Shown here piece after piece: positions 41,132 to 51,558 of a stretch of DNA of 64,000 nucleotides. Under the pieces are notes generated by a model. It was not told the DNA's origin. It saw only the letters and a program-made list of their open reading frames with translations, and did no database searches. How positions within the stretch are numbered: the first letter of the stretch is position 1; each line of letters opens with the position of its first letter. The stretch covers positions 608,001 to 672,000 of the forward strand of contig CAVYSW010000010.1 of assembly GCA_963771275.1 (NCBI GenBank). The letters run 5' to 3'. The position numbers and the translations under genes are program-made. This DNA is from an uncultured Gemmatimonadales bacterium. GTDB taxonomy: Bacteria; Gemmatimonadota; Gemmatimonadetes; Gemmatimonadales; GWC2-71-9.

Positions 41132-42312
41132 CCTGGTGGGACCTGACGCCGGCTGAGGCGGCGGCCGTCATCCACGCATGGGGAGCCGCCCTCGGGCTGG
41201 AGCCGTTTCGGGCCCGGCAGATCATGCTGCGGCTCTGGGAGCGCCCGGTCCGCTCGTGGGTGGAAGCCACGGACCTGCCTGGCCCGGTGATCGCCGCCCT
41301 TGAGCGCGAGCACCCCATCCCGCGCCCCGCGCTGGCGGCCCGGCAGGAGTCGCGCGACGGAACCCTCAAGTACCTCTGGCGGTTCGCCGACGGGGCCGCC
41401 GTCGAATCCGTGCTGATCCCCGAGGGGCGGCGGCGCACGCTGTGCGTGTCCTCGCAGGCGGGCTGTGCCTTCGGCTGTGTCTTCTGTGCAACCGGCCGCA
41501 TGGGGTTCGGCCGCCATCTCGCCCCCTGGGAGATCGCCGTGCAGGTGCGGGAGCTCGCGCTCGATGCCGGCGCGGGCAAGCCCTCCAACGTCGTGTTCAT
41601 GGGGATGGGGGAGCCACTCCACAATTGGGCCGCCGTCGACGTCGCGTTGACCATTCTCAACGACCGCCACGGACTCGGGATTGGCGCCCGGCACGTCACC
41701 GTGAGCACCGTGGGAATCGTCCCGGGCCTCCGGCGGCTGGCGGAGCGGCCCGAGCAGTTTCGCGTCGCGCTGTCGCTGCACTCGCCGTTTGGCGCGCGCC
41801 GTCGCGCGCTGATGCCGGTCGAGCGCAAGTACCCCCTCGCCGACGTGCTGCGTGCGCTCGGTGCGTTCCGCCGACGCGTGACGTTCGAGTATGTCGTGAT
41901 CAAGGGTACGAACGACGGCCCCGATGACGCCCGCGAGCTGGCGCGCCTCGCGCGCGAGCTCGACGCGCACGTGAATCTCCTGCCGCTCCATCCCGGTGGC
42001 ACGCCCGGGCTCGTCCCCGCCCCGCCGGAAGGGATCGAGCGGTTCGCGGAGCAGGTGCGTGCGGCAGGGGCCAACGTGACGGTCCGTCGGAGCCGCGGGC
42101 TCGACATCGACGCCGCGTGCGGCCAGTTACGGATCGCGGTCGAGGGTGATCGCGTCCCGCCCCAGCAGCACCGTGACGTCGAGCAGCAGGGTGGAGTCGG
42201 GGGCGGAGGCGACGCGCCCGATCCCGAGCGCCTTGCGGACCGCGAGACCGGCAGCGCCGTCGCCCCGCCGCACAAGCACCAGCGTCGAGTCCGTTCCTCC
42301 CCCCGTCGCTGA
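41128..42312 (+). CDS. rlmN: Radical SAM 23S rRNA/tRNA methyltransferase RlmN (start uncertain, possibly CTG)
   Basis: LCVSSQAGCAFGCVFCATG, FMGMGEP, FEYVVI, DIDAACGQL. Confidence 0.92.
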   Translation: MTWWDLTPAEAAAVIHAWGAALGLEPFRARQIMLRLWERPVRSWVEATDLPGPVIAALEREHPIPRPALAARQESRDGTLKYLWRFADGAAVESVLIPEGRRRTLCVSSQAGCAFGCVFCATGRMGFGRHLAPWEIAVQVRELALDAGAGKPSNVVFMGMGEPLHNWAAVDVALTILNDRHGLGIGARHVTVSTVGIVPGLRRLAERPEQFRVALSLHSPFGARRRALMPVERKYPLADVLRALGAFRRRVTFEYVVIKGTNDGPDDARELARLARELDAHVNLLPLHPGGTPGLVPAPPEGIERFAEQVRAAGANVTVRRSRGLDIDAACGQLRIAVEGDRVPPQQHRDVEQQGGVGGGGDAPDPERLADRETGSAVAPPHKHQRRVRSSPRR

Positions 42313-42534
42313 GCCGAAGGACACGACGTCGATTCCCTGATGGCGCAGTCGGCGCGTCACGGCACGTGCCAGGCCGTCCACGTCGGTTCCGTTCACGACC
42401 TCGACCGCGTACGTCACGCGCTCACCGGGGATCGGGAGGTCGCCCGTCGCCAAGTGCGGGCCGCGCACGGCCAGGCGCCAGGCGATCACGACGAGGAGTG
42501 CGGCCACCGCCGCCGCGCCGATCCACCTGCTCAC
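42127..42534 (-). CDS. LytR C-terminal domain membrane protein
   Basis: N-terminal TM; VEVVNGTDVDGLA, LDVTVLLGRD; GTGA overlap. Confidence 0.85.
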   Translation of the reverse strand: MSRWIGAAAVAALLVVIAWRLAVRGPHLATGDLPIPGERVTYAVEVVNGTDVDGLARAVTRRLRHQGIDVVSFGSATGGGTDSTLVLVRRGDGAAGLAVRKALGIGRVASAPDSTLLLDVTVLLGRDAITLDRDP

Positions 42535-43070
42535 GGCAGCGCGTTCCAGAAGGCCACCGTCTGCGCGAGCAGCGGCCAGTTCTTCGAGAGACCGTAGCCG
42601 ATCCGCTCCCGGGCGATCTCGCGCAGCACGGCGTCCGGCTCGCGGCCGACCCGCCTCGCCTGCGCGGCGCGGCGGGCGTCGGGACGGCGCCGCCCGGGCT
42701 CCAGGAAGTCGGCCAGATAGAGCATCCGCCCCACCTGATCCCATCCGGCGTAGCCGATCGAGTGATAGCAGACCGCGTCGAGCACACCCCGGTCCCGCTC
42801 GCCGTCCTGCTCGGCCCGCCGGGCCGCCGCGGGGCCATGCCAGATCGTCGGCGGTCCCAGCTTCGGGGCGGCGAGGGCCGCGATGGTCTCGGTGGCGGCG
42901 TCCTTCAGGGCGTCATGCAGCAGCGCTGCCCGAATCCAGCGCGCGCGCTCTGCGCCCGACGCCCCGAGCCGGTCCGCCCAAATCACGAGCAGGGCCGCGA
43001 CCCGTCGGATGTGCGCGCGGCGGCGCGGGGTCGTGACCGCCCAGTCAGGCAGCGGGGGCAGCCTATCCAT
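42531..43070 (-). CDS. HD-domain hydrolase, YqeK-like (Ap4A hydrolase family)
   Basis: ALLHDALK, WHGPAAA, YHSIG, LYLADFLEPGR. Confidence 0.8.
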   Translation of the reverse strand: MDRLPPLPDWAVTTPRRRAHIRRVAALLVIWADRLGASGAERARWIRAALLHDALKDAATETIAALAAPKLGPPTIWHGPAAARRAEQDGERDRGVLDAVCYHSIGYAGWDQVGRMLYLADFLEPGRRRPDARRAAQARRVGREPDAVLREIARERIGYGLSKNWPLLAQTVAFWNALP

Positions 43071-43938
43071 CGAGCACGGGATCGCCGCGCAGGCCGCTTC
43101 CCAGGGGGACGTTGTCGATCAGGCGCGTGGTGCCCACCCGGGCGGCGAGCGCGAGCAGCGCGCTCGCGTCGACCGGGTCGGTGGGCGCGAGGGTCTCCGG
43201 ATCCACGACCTCGACGTACTCCGGCGTCAGCCCGGGCGCGCGGGCCAACGTCGTGGCGACGGCCCGCAGGATCTCGGCCGCCCGCCGCGCGCCGGCCTGG
43301 AACGCATCGGACCCGGCCTGGAGCGCCTGCGGAATCGTCGCCGCGGCGCGCCGCTCGGCGGGCGAGAGGTACACGTTGCGCGAGCTCATGGCGAGTCCGT
43401 CCGCCTCCCGCACCGTTGGGGCGACGTCGATCTCCACGGGGAAGCTCAGATCCGCAGCCATGCGGCGGATCAGCTGGGCCTGCTGCGCGTCCTTCCGGCC
43501 GAACACGGCCACGTCGGGCTCGATGACGTGGAACAGCTTGGCGACGACCGTCAGGACTCCGGCGAAATGGCCCGGCCGGTGCGGGCCGCAGAGGTGCTCG
43601 GCGAGCGGTCCCGGATCGACCGTGACCCGGGCCGGCCCGCGGTACATCTCCGCCACGCTCGGCACGAACAGACAGTCGACACCGCGCCGCTCCGCGCAGG
43701 CGCGGTCGCGCGGGAGATCCCGGGGGTAACGGGCGAAGTCCTCCTGCGGGCCGAACTGCAGCGGATTCACGAAGATGCTCAGCGCCACCACGTCGGCGGC
43801 CTCACGGGCGCGGTTCACCAGGCGCAGGTGTCCTTCGTGTAGGGCGCCCATGGTCGGCACGCAGCCGACCCGCCGACCCGCCTGCCGCTGCGCGCGGCTC
43901 CACGCGCGGACCTCCGTGACCGACGCAAGCTCGATCAC
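43063..43938 (-). CDS. panC: Pantoate-beta-alanine ligase
   Basis: VPTMGALHEGH, SIFVNPLQF, RPGHFAGV, DGLAMSSRN, RLIDN. Confidence 0.96.
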   Translation of the reverse strand: MIELASVTEVRAWSRAQRQAGRRVGCVPTMGALHEGHLRLVNRAREAADVVALSIFVNPLQFGPQEDFARYPRDLPRDRACAERRGVDCLFVPSVAEMYRGPARVTVDPGPLAEHLCGPHRPGHFAGVLTVVAKLFHVIEPDVAVFGRKDAQQAQLIRRMAADLSFPVEIDVAPTVREADGLAMSSRNVYLSPAERRAAATIPQALQAGSDAFQAGARRAAEILRAVATTLARAPGLTPEYVEVVDPETLAPTDPVDASALLALAARVGTTRLIDNVPLGSGLRGDPVLDG

Positions 43939-44744
43939 GACCCGAAACTGTGGTCCGCGTCCGGGTAGCGGCCTTCCCGGACGTCCACGCCGAAGGCGCG
44001 CACCGCCCCGCGCACATCGTCCGCCAGGCTGGCGTAGCACTTGAGGAACTTGGCGTGGAACTGCTCGTTCAGCCCCAGCATGTCGTGCAGTACCAACACC
44101 TGCCCGTCGCAGCCCGGGCCGGAGCCGATGCCGATCGTGGGAATCGTCAGCTGGCGCGAGATACGCTCGGCGAGCGGCGCGGGCACCAGCTCCAGGACCA
44201 GCGCGAAGGCCCCGGCGTCGGCCACCGTCTGGGCGTCGGCCACCAGCCGCTCGGCGGCGTCCGCGCCACGACCCTGCACCCGGGCCCCACCCAGGGCATG
44301 CACCGATTGCGGCGTGAAGCCCAGGTGGGCCATCACCGGAATGCCGATCTCGACCAGCGCTCGGATGGTGGGGGCGAGATGCGCGCCACCCTCGAGCTTC
44401 ACCGCGCTCGCCCCCGTCAGCTGCAGCACCCGCCCCGCGTTGCGCTTGGCCTCCTCGATGGACACCTGGTAGCTGAGGAACGGCATGTCGAGCACCAACA
44501 GCGCGCGGCGGACACCGGCCCGGACGATCCGGCCGTGGTAGATCATCTGCTCCAGTGTCGCCGAGAGCGTGGTGGGCTGGCCGCAGAGCACGGTATTCAC
44601 CGAGTCGCCGACCAGGATCACGTCGGTGCCGGCGCTGTCGACGAGGGCGCCGAACAGCGCGTCGTACGCGGTCAGGGCCACGATCTTCTTGCCGGCGCGT
44701 TTCATCGCGCCCAGCTCATGGGTCGTCACGGGGTTATCGGGCAT
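43935..44744 (-). CDS. panB: 3-methyl-2-oxobutanoate hydroxymethyltransferase
   Basis: LTAYDA, LVGDS, DMPFLSY, VKLEGG, HLGFTPQS, GQVLVLHDMLG. Confidence 0.96.
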   Translation of the reverse strand: MPDNPVTTHELGAMKRAGKKIVALTAYDALFGALVDSAGTDVILVGDSVNTVLCGQPTTLSATLEQMIYHGRIVRAGVRRALLVLDMPFLSYQVSIEEAKRNAGRVLQLTGASAVKLEGGAHLAPTIRALVEIGIPVMAHLGFTPQSVHALGGARVQGRGADAAERLVADAQTVADAGAFALVLELVPAPLAERISRQLTIPTIGIGSGPGCDGQVLVLHDMLGLNEQFHAKFLKCYASLADDVRGAVRAFGVDVREGRYPDADHSFGS

Positions 44745-45171
44745 GGAGTTCGAGCTCCGCAAGCTCGCGTTGCCAGAAGGGTCGGTTGGCCAGCTCGGGA
44801 TGGGGAACGATGAGGTCGGCTTCATGGACACGGCGATCCCCGAAGCGGACGATGTCGAGGTCCAGCGTGCGGGGGCCCCACCGGACGCGGCGCGTCCGCC
44901 CCGCCCGCCGCTCGATGCTGAGGCATGCCTCGAGCAGAGCCCGGGGGGACAGGGCGGTGCGCAACAGCACCATCTGGTTGAGGTAGGGTGGTTGGCCGGG
45001 AGGCCCGAGCGGCGCCGTTTCCTCGACGGTGCTGGCCGCGACCAGCGCGGTGCGCGGCAGGCGCGCGAGGGCCGCGCGCCCACGCGCCAGGTTGCCCGCC
45101 CGGTCGCCGAGGTTGGAGCCGAGCGCCACGAACGCGCGCTCAGGCGCGGCCGCGGTCTGCGGGTCGCTCAC
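44734..45171 (-). CDS. folK: 2-amino-4-hydroxy-6-hydroxymethyldihydropteridine diphosphokinase
   Basis: ALGSNLGDR, YLNQ, WGPRTLDLDI, LIVPHP. Confidence 0.95.
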   Translation of the reverse strand: MSDPQTAAAPERAFVALGSNLGDRAGNLARGRAALARLPRTALVAASTVEETAPLGPPGQPPYLNQMVLLRTALSPRALLEACLSIERRAGRTRRVRWGPRTLDLDIVRFGDRRVHEADLIVPHPELANRPFWQRELAELELHAR

Positions 45172-45529
45172 GTTCGATCACCACTTCGACATGATCCAGC
45201 GGCCCCGCGATCGGCGCGTGGGGTTTCCGGGCCGCCACCCGCACGCGCTCGATGGCGGGGATCGCCAGGACACGGGCGGCGATCTTCTCGCACAGCGCCT
45301 CGAGCAGCATATGGTGCGTCGTCCCGACGATCTCGCTCGCGATCCGATAGAGATCGCGGTAGTCGACGAGATGCCGAGCCGAGTCGCTCTCCCCCACGGA
45401 GCGGAGCGGGAGCCAGGCCGTGAGATCCAGCTCGAGGGGCTGCGGCACGTGTTCCTCGTGCGGCAGCAGGCCCACCAGCGTGTGGAACCGCATGCCTTTG
45501 AGCACGATGCGATCGCAACTGGGTGTCAT
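45140..45529 (-). CDS. folB: Dihydroneopterin aldolase
   Basis: DRIVLKGMRF, GLLPHE, VDYR, LLEAL, RKPHAPI. Confidence 0.9.
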   Translation of the reverse strand: MTPSCDRIVLKGMRFHTLVGLLPHEEHVPQPLELDLTAWLPLRSVGESDSARHLVDYRDLYRIASEIVGTTHHMLLEALCEKIAARVLAIPAIERVRVAARKPHAPIAGPLDHVEVVIERERPADRGRA

Positions 45530-45542
45530 GTCGGCTGCTCCC

Positions 45543-46334
45543 TCAGGGTACGGCGACCACATCGAGGGCCTGGCGCAGCTCCCGCACCAGCCGCGTCGCG
45601 GGCTCGAGCCCGTCGGCGAGGCGCCGGACGAGCGCGGAGCCCACCACCACGCCGTCGGCGAACCCGGCGACCGCGCGCGCCTGCTCGCCGTCGGCGATGC
45701 CGAACCCCACGGCGACGGGGAGCGTGCTCCGGGCGCGGATCTCCGTCACGGTACGCCGCACGGTGTCGGTGATGGCGGTGGCGGCTCCGGTCACGCCCAG
45801 CCGCGAGATCACATAGATGAAGCCGCGCGCGTCACGGACGATCTCGGTGAGGCGTGCGGCGCGGGTGGTCGGGGCCACGAGGCGGATCAGGTCGAGCTCC
45901 GCCCGCTCGACCGTCGCCTCGACCGCGGGATCGGTTCCCGCCGGAAAGTCGGTGAGCAGCAGGCCGGCGGCGCCGGCCTGTCGGGCGTCGCGGACGAACC
46001 GCGCCAGGCCGTAGTGCAGCACGGGATTCAGGTACGTGAACAGGATCACCGGGATGCCGAGGCCCGCCCGCTGCACCAGCTCCAGCACGCCAGCGGTGGT
46101 CATCCCGGCCGCGAGCGCCTCGTGCGAGGAGCGCTGGATCACGGGGCCGTCGGCGAGCGGATCGCTGAACGGCACGCCGATCTCGACGAAATCGGCGCCT
46201 TCCTGCTCGAGCATGCGCAGCGCCGCCTGCGTGCCGGCGCGGCTGGGATAGCCCGCGGTGAGGTACGGGATCAGCGCCGTCCGCCCCGCCGCGCGCACGG
46301 CCCGCCAGCGCGCCGCCAGCGGCCGCTCAGACAA
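45543..46334 (-). CDS. trpA: Tryptophan synthase alpha subunit
   Basis: PYLTAGYP, EIGVPFSDPLADGPVIQ, GVTG, VGFGI, ADGVVVGS; TTG start. Confidence 0.96.
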   Translation of the reverse strand: MSERPLAARWRAVRAAGRTALIPYLTAGYPSRAGTQAALRMLEQEGADFVEIGVPFSDPLADGPVIQRSSHEALAAGMTTAGVLELVQRAGLGIPVILFTYLNPVLHYGLARFVRDARQAGAAGLLLTDFPAGTDPAVEATVERAELDLIRLVAPTTRAARLTEIVRDARGFIYVISRLGVTGAATAITDTVRRTVTEIRARSTLPVAVGFGIADGEQARAVAGFADGVVVGSALVRRLADGLEPATRLVRELRQALDVVAVP

Positions 46335-47805
46335 AGTAGTCGCCGGGGGTGATCCCCCAGCGCGCCGGATCCGTCACCTTGATGATCGACCGCTTGAAAT
46401 TCCCGTCCGGTCCGGCGTCCGCGAGGTTGACGAGCGGGGGTGTCGCGACCCGCTGTCCCTCGGGCCCGAGCACGAGGCGGACGATCGGTCGATGGATGTG
46501 CGTCAGATCGGAGTTCGCCGCGTGGACGATCGCGATCTCATAGGTGTCGAGGATGACGCAGGTCCCCACGGGGTAGATGCCCACCAGGTTGATCAGCGCC
46601 TTCACGAGCACGGGGTCGAGACCGCGTCGCGGGTTCTCCCACATCTCGCGCAGCACCTCGTCGGGCTGCATCGGCACGGTCTGGTAGCTGCGGCGGGTCG
46701 TCGCGGCGTCGAACCCGTCGGCCACGGCGACGATCTTGGAGAACACCGAGAGGTTCCGCGGCCGGATCGCCTTGGGATAGCCGCTGAGATCCGTCTTCAT
46801 GTGGTGCTCGTGCGCCACGATCATCCCCCGATAGGGGATCTCGCCGTAGCCGCGCAACCCGAACAGCGTGAGCACGCCCAGCCATGGGTGGGACTGCATG
46901 ATGCGCCACTCGTCGTCCGTCAGCACCCCGTGCTTGGTCAGGATCTCGAGAGGCACGCGGCTCTTGCCGACGTCGTGCAGCAGGGCCGCGAGGCCAAGAT
47001 CGAACAGCTGCAGGCGGCCTAGGCCGAGGCGTTTCCCGATCGCCACGGCGAAGATGCAGACGTTGACCGAGTGGGTGAACGTGTACTCGTCATAGTCGCG
47101 GATCGTCGTGAGCCCGACGAGCGACACTTCGTTGGCGAGCACCTGATCGACGATGCTCTGGACCGCCCGCTTCACCTTCTTGACGCTCGCGCTCCGGCCC
47201 ATCCGGATGCTGCCGACGACCTCCTTCGTGACGGCGACCGACCGCTCGTAGGTGCGTTTGGCGACCTCTTTGGCCCGCTGCTCGTCGGCCAGCTCCTCGG
47301 TCTCCTCGCCGGGCGGGTCCACCGTGACGTGCGTGACACCGCCCTGCATCATGCGCTGGTACAGCTCCGTGAGCTTCGACGGAGACGGGTCACGCGTGCC
47401 GGCCCCGAGCAGGAGCGATGCGAACACCTGCCATTCCCGGCGCTCGACGTGCTCGTCCACGCGCACCACCCCGATCCCGGCGGCGCGGAGCGTGCCGAGC
47501 ACGTGGCTGAACGACGCGTAGTTGTCGAGGTTGAGCCGTAACCGGGTGGAGTTCACGAAGATGAACTCCCCGGAGATCCGGATCTCGAGCTGGTCCTCGA
47601 CCTGGAGCAGGGCCAGCGCCGACTGGTGCAGCTCGTCCAGGCCGCGCTGCACCTGCTCGTTCTCCACCGGGTAGAGTTTCAGGCTCCGCAGCACGGCGTA
47701 GAAATTCAGCAGGAACTGCCGGCCCCCCTGGCGAACGAGGCCGTCGGTCGCCTGCAGGGCGTCCGCGATGGTGCTGCGTCGCCGCTCGCCGCCCGGTTCG
47801 GTCAT
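46327..47805 (-). CDS. HD-GYP domain protein (putative cyclic-dinucleotide phosphodiesterase) with an unnamed N-terminal domain
   Basis: YTFTHSVNV, LLHDVGK, HEHHMKTDLSGYP, VADGFDA, TRRSYQ, C-terminal GIYPVGT. Confidence 0.92.
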   Translation of the reverse strand: MTEPGGERRRSTIADALQATDGLVRQGGRQFLLNFYAVLRSLKLYPVENEQVQRGLDELHQSALALLQVEDQLEIRISGEFIFVNSTRLRLNLDNYASFSHVLGTLRAAGIGVVRVDEHVERREWQVFASLLLGAGTRDPSPSKLTELYQRMMQGGVTHVTVDPPGEETEELADEQRAKEVAKRTYERSVAVTKEVVGSIRMGRSASVKKVKRAVQSIVDQVLANEVSLVGLTTIRDYDEYTFTHSVNVCIFAVAIGKRLGLGRLQLFDLGLAALLHDVGKSRVPLEILTKHGVLTDDEWRIMQSHPWLGVLTLFGLRGYGEIPYRGMIVAHEHHMKTDLSGYPKAIRPRNLSVFSKIVAVADGFDAATTRRSYQTVPMQPDEVLREMWENPRRGLDPVLVKALINLVGIYPVGTCVILDTYEIAIVHAANSDLTHIHRPIVRLVLGPEGQRVATPPLVNLADAGPDGNFKRSIIKVTDPARWGITPGDYFV

Positions 47806-47809
47806 CTGG

Positions 47810-49489
47810 TCAGCTCACCTCGCGCAACGCCTTGCCCACGGCGTTGCGCACCAGGGGGTCCTTGTCCTGGGCGGCGGCCTGCAGCGCCGCCCGCGCGTCC
47901 TCCGTGCGGATCCGCCCCAGCGCCATCGCCGCGCACGCCCGCGTCTCGGGGTCCGTCTTCTTCTTCATGAAGCCGCCGGTCTCGAGCAGGGGTATCAGGT
48001 GTCGAATGACTCCCGCCCCGCCCAAGGTACCGAATGCCTCGAAGAACACCATCTTCTCGGTGAGGTCGGCGGCGCGCAGCTCCTTGCCGAGCACCACTTC
48101 CTCGATGCGGGGGAGGGCCGCCCGATGGCCGCGCGTCGCGAGCACCCGCACGGCGGCCACCCGCACGTCCCGGTGGACATCCTGGATGGCGCGCTCGAGC
48201 TGCTGCATCGCGCCGGGCGTGCCGATCGAGGCGAGCGCCTCCACGGCAGCGACCTTGATCGTGGCGTCCGCGTCGCCGATCAGCAGGCCCCCGAGCGCCG
48301 GGACCAGGGGCGGCAGTCGCAGCCGGCCGGCGATCCGCGTCGTCTCGAGCACGACGGCCGGGTTCTCGTTGCCCAGGGCTTTGGCGAGCTCGTCGGGATG
48401 CTGCGCCGCGATCCGCTGCACCGCGACGCCGAGCAGGTCCCGCACCCGCGCGTTCGTCAGCTGCGGCATGCACCCGAGCACCGTCTCCAGCGCCTCCCCG
48501 CGCAGCTCGCGGAACAGGGCGGCAAGCTCCTCCTCGGTGGGGTGAATGACCGCCTCGTCGAGTGACTGCAGCAGCTGGGTCACCGCGTCGGCCTTCGATA
48601 GCCTGGCGGGCAGCTCCTCGAGCGCGCGGCGGTGTTCCGGCAGCAGCTCGCGCGCCCGATCCAGCACGGCGCGCAGCTCACGCAGCACGTACGCGACCGA
48701 CCGGAAATCCCCCACCCCCAGCAGGTACGGGATGACGTTGTCGATGATCGACGTGATCTCGGCGCGCACGGTCGCGTACGTGTGCAGCTCGAAGATGTCG
48801 AACAGGATCGCGAGGATGTTGCCCCGCAGGTCCTGCTGGTACTCGCGGTCGACCTCGCTGCGCAGGTACTGGACGTCGCGGTCGTCGAGGAAGTAGAGCG
48901 TCGAGTCGAAGTCCTCCAGCCGCACCACGCCGGGTGGCGGCTCCGGCCCCTCCTCCTCGACTTCCTGCACAGCCGTGCGGTCCGGAGGCAGTTGCCGCTC
49001 GACGGTGTCGTCCGCCTTGATCTGGGCCGTGTCATCCGCGATCAGCTCGACGAAGTCGTAGCGGATCCGCTGGAACTCCTGTTCCCAGAGCAGCGTGAGC
49101 AGGTCGTCATCGGCCGTGGCCGGGAGGTTGCGCGCCTTGTTGATCACCTGGAGCAGCCGGACGAATTCGTCCGCCTCGGAGCCCGGCCCGATCACGATCG
49201 TGCGAACGCCATCCTTGAACAGCACCCACGCGAGGCTCTCGGCCCGCGGCTGACTCAGCACGACCTTGCCCTGCCACTTCAGGTCCGTCTCACCGACGGC
49301 GAGCGTCAGCTCGTCGCACGCATCCCAGAGCGGCGGAAACGCCTTCCGCACGTTTTCCATCGCCGTCTGGTAGACCGGGTTGTTCGGCAGATAGAGCTGC
49401 GCCGCCCGCAGCCCCTTGAGCATCGCCTGCAGGAACGCCTCGACGGCGCTGGAATCGACTTCCCAGCCCGCCGCAGTCGCTTCGGTCAC
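47810..49489 (-). CDS. HEAT-repeat protein with an unnamed N-terminal domain
   Basis: C-terminal HEAT units ([42 protein letters not shown]); GTGA overlap with the trpB stop. Confidence 0.88.
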   Translation of the reverse strand: MTEATAAGWEVDSSAVEAFLQAMLKGLRAAQLYLPNNPVYQTAMENVRKAFPPLWDACDELTLAVGETDLKWQGKVVLSQPRAESLAWVLFKDGVRTIVIGPGSEADEFVRLLQVINKARNLPATADDDLLTLLWEQEFQRIRYDFVELIADDTAQIKADDTVERQLPPDRTAVQEVEEEGPEPPPGVVRLEDFDSTLYFLDDRDVQYLRSEVDREYQQDLRGNILAILFDIFELHTYATVRAEITSIIDNVIPYLLGVGDFRSVAYVLRELRAVLDRARELLPEHRRALEELPARLSKADAVTQLLQSLDEAVIHPTEEELAALFRELRGEALETVLGCMPQLTNARVRDLLGVAVQRIAAQHPDELAKALGNENPAVVLETTRIAGRLRLPPLVPALGGLLIGDADATIKVAAVEALASIGTPGAMQQLERAIQDVHRDVRVAAVRVLATRGHRAALPRIEEVVLGKELRAADLTEKMVFFEAFGTLGGAGVIRHLIPLLETGGFMKKKTDPETRACAAMALGRIRTEDARAALQAAAQDKDPLVRNAVGKALREVS

Positions 49490-50679
49490 GACGACGCCCC
49501 CGTCATGGCGGCGACGTGTGCCACGTCCTTGTCGCCCCGACCGCTCACGTTGACGATCACGATATCGTCCGGCCTGCGCTCGGTGGCCCCGGCCAGGACC
49601 CACGCCACGGCGTGCGCCGGCTCGAGCGCCGGCACGATTCCCTCCAGCCGCGCCAACTCACGAAAGGCGGCGAGCGCGGCCGCGTCCGTCACGGCCACGT
49701 AGCGTGCCCGCCCAGTGTCCTTCAAGTAGGAGTGCTCGGGCCCCACGCCGGGGTAGTCCAGGCCGGCCGACACGGAATGGGCCGGCTGGACTTGGCCGTC
49801 CGCGTCCTGCAACAGGTAACTCAGGCTGCCGTGCAACACGCCCGGGCTCCCGGCGACCAGGGACGCGGCGTGACGGTGCGTCGCGAGTCCCTCACCGGCA
49901 GCTTCCACCCCCACCAGCCGCACCGTCGCGTCATCGAGGAAGCCGGTGAACAGGCCAATCGCGTTGGAGCCGCCGCCCACGCACGCGACGACTTCGGTCG
50001 GGAGGCGCCCCGTCCGCTCGAGCACCTGCGCGCGGGCCTCCCGGCCGATCACGGCCTGGAAATCCCGCACCATGCGCGGAAACGGATCGGGGCCCACCAC
50101 GGAGCCGATCACGTAGTGGGTGGTGTCCACATGAGTCACCCAGTCGCGCAGCGCCTCGTTGGTGGCGTCCTTCAGCGTCTGCGTGCCAGCGGTCACCGGC
50201 ACCACCGTGGCGCCAAGCAACTCCATGCGATACACGTTGAGCCGCTGCCGCTCGATGTCTGCCGCACCCATGTATACCACACACTCGAGCCCGAAGTGCG
50301 CGCAGGCAGTCGCCGTCGCCACCCCGTGCTGCCCCGCCCCGGTCTCCGCGATGATGCGGCGCTTGCCCATCCGGCGGGCCAGCAGCACCTGGCCCAGCGT
50401 ATTGTTGATCTTGTGGGCGCCGGTGTGCGCGAGGTCTTCGCGCTTCAGCAACACGCGACACCGCGCGGCGGCCGACAGGCGCTCCGCGTCCGAGAGCGGC
50501 GTCGGGCGACCGGCATACCGGCTCAGCAGGGTCGCCAGCTCGGTCGCGAAGGCGGGGTCGACGCGCGCCGCGTCGTACGTCTCGGCCAGATCGTCCAGCG
50601 CCGCCACGAGCGTCTCCGGCACGTAGCGCCCCCCGTACGGGCCGAAGCGGCCTGCCCCAATCGTGCCCTGCGCGGTCAC
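49486..50679 (-). CDS. trpB: Tryptophan synthase beta subunit
   Basis: [57 protein letters not shown]. Confidence 0.97.
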   Translation of the reverse strand: MTAQGTIGAGRFGPYGGRYVPETLVAALDDLAETYDAARVDPAFATELATLLSRYAGRPTPLSDAERLSAAARCRVLLKREDLAHTGAHKINNTLGQVLLARRMGKRRIIAETGAGQHGVATATACAHFGLECVVYMGAADIERQRLNVYRMELLGATVVPVTAGTQTLKDATNEALRDWVTHVDTTHYVIGSVVGPDPFPRMVRDFQAVIGREARAQVLERTGRLPTEVVACVGGGSNAIGLFTGFLDDATVRLVGVEAAGEGLATHRHAASLVAGSPGVLHGSLSYLLQDADGQVQPAHSVSAGLDYPGVGPEHSYLKDTGRARYVAVTDAAALAAFRELARLEGIVPALEPAHAVAWVLAGATERRPDDIVIVNVSGRGDKDVAHVAAMTGASS

Positions 50680-51500
50680 GGCGTTGATCCTCCACGGCGA
50701 CGCGTCATGCCGGGGCGTCCGGCACGCGGCACCCCGACGAGACCCGCAACGGCGTGCGTGGGGTCGGTCGCACCGGCCAGTGCTGTGCCCACCAGAATAG
50801 CGTCCGCCCCCCATGCCGCAACCCGCTCGACATCGGCGCGCGTCGCGATCCCGGACTCCGCCACGGCGACGACGCCTGGGGGAATCGCCGCGAGCACGGG
50901 CGCGGCGGCCTCGGGGCGCACGGTAAACGTCGTAAGGTCCCGACAGTTCACACCCACCGCGTCGGGCGCGAGCGCGAGGGCGGCCTCGAGCTCCCCGAGC
51001 GCGTGCACCTCCACGAGGCGCGCGAGGCCCAGCTCACGGGCCACGGCGCTCAGCTCCTCCAGCCGCTTCGGGTCGAGCGCCCGCACGATCAGCAGCACCG
51101 CGCTCGCGCCCGCCGCGCGCGACTCGTGGAGCTGGAGCGGATCGAGGATGAAGTCCTTCCGGAGCAGCGGGACCGGCACCGCGCGGCGCACGGCCGAGAG
51201 ATCCGCGATCGAGCCGCCGAAGTGCGGTCCCTCGGTGAGCACCGAGATGGCGGCGGCGCCGCCGGCCACATAGGCCCGCGCGTGATGGGCGGGGTCGAGC
51301 TGCGGCGCAATCCCGCCAGCCGACGGCGAGCGCCGCTTGATCTCCGCGATCAGCGCGACCCGGTCGCCGGCAAACGCCGCGCTCCAGGGCGGCGCCGGCG
51401 CGGCGCGGCCGGCCGCCTGCAGAATCTCGGCCTGGCGGTCGCGCAGCCGGGCGATACGGGTGCGCGTCGCGTCGAGCAGCGAGTCGAGGGACACGGTCAC
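50676..51500 (-). CDS. trpC: Indole-3-glycerol phosphate synthase
   Basis: [44 protein letters not shown] at 51500 (or 51494). Confidence 0.95.
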   Translation of the reverse strand: MTVSLDSLLDATRTRIARLRDRQAEILQAAGRAAPAPPWSAAFAGDRVALIAEIKRRSPSAGGIAPQLDPAHHARAYVAGGAAAISVLTEGPHFGGSIADLSAVRRAVPVPLLRKDFILDPLQLHESRAAGASAVLLIVRALDPKRLEELSAVARELGLARLVEVHALGELEAALALAPDAVGVNCRDLTTFTVRPEAAAPVLAAIPPGVVAVAESGIATRADVERVAAWGADAILVGTALAGATDPTHAVAGLVGVPRAGRPGMTRRRGGSTP

Positions 51501-51509
51501 GAAGTGTGC

Positions 51510-51538
51510 TTGCGGTTCGGGTGGTCTTCGGGTATACT
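51510..51538 (+). promoter_or_regulatory. Sigma70 promoter of lexA
   Basis: TTGCGG (51510-51515), 17 bp spacer, TATACT (51533-51538). Confidence 0.75.
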
Positions 51539-51558
51539 GTGTTCGGGCTTCTTTCGGG
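51515..51558. promoter_or_regulatory. Two candidate LexA operators, TTCGGG-N5-TTCGGG direct repeats
   Basis: TTCGGG at 51516, 51527, 51542 and 51553: two pairs with 11-bp period, one in the promoter spacer and one over the predicted start site. Confidence 0.7.
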
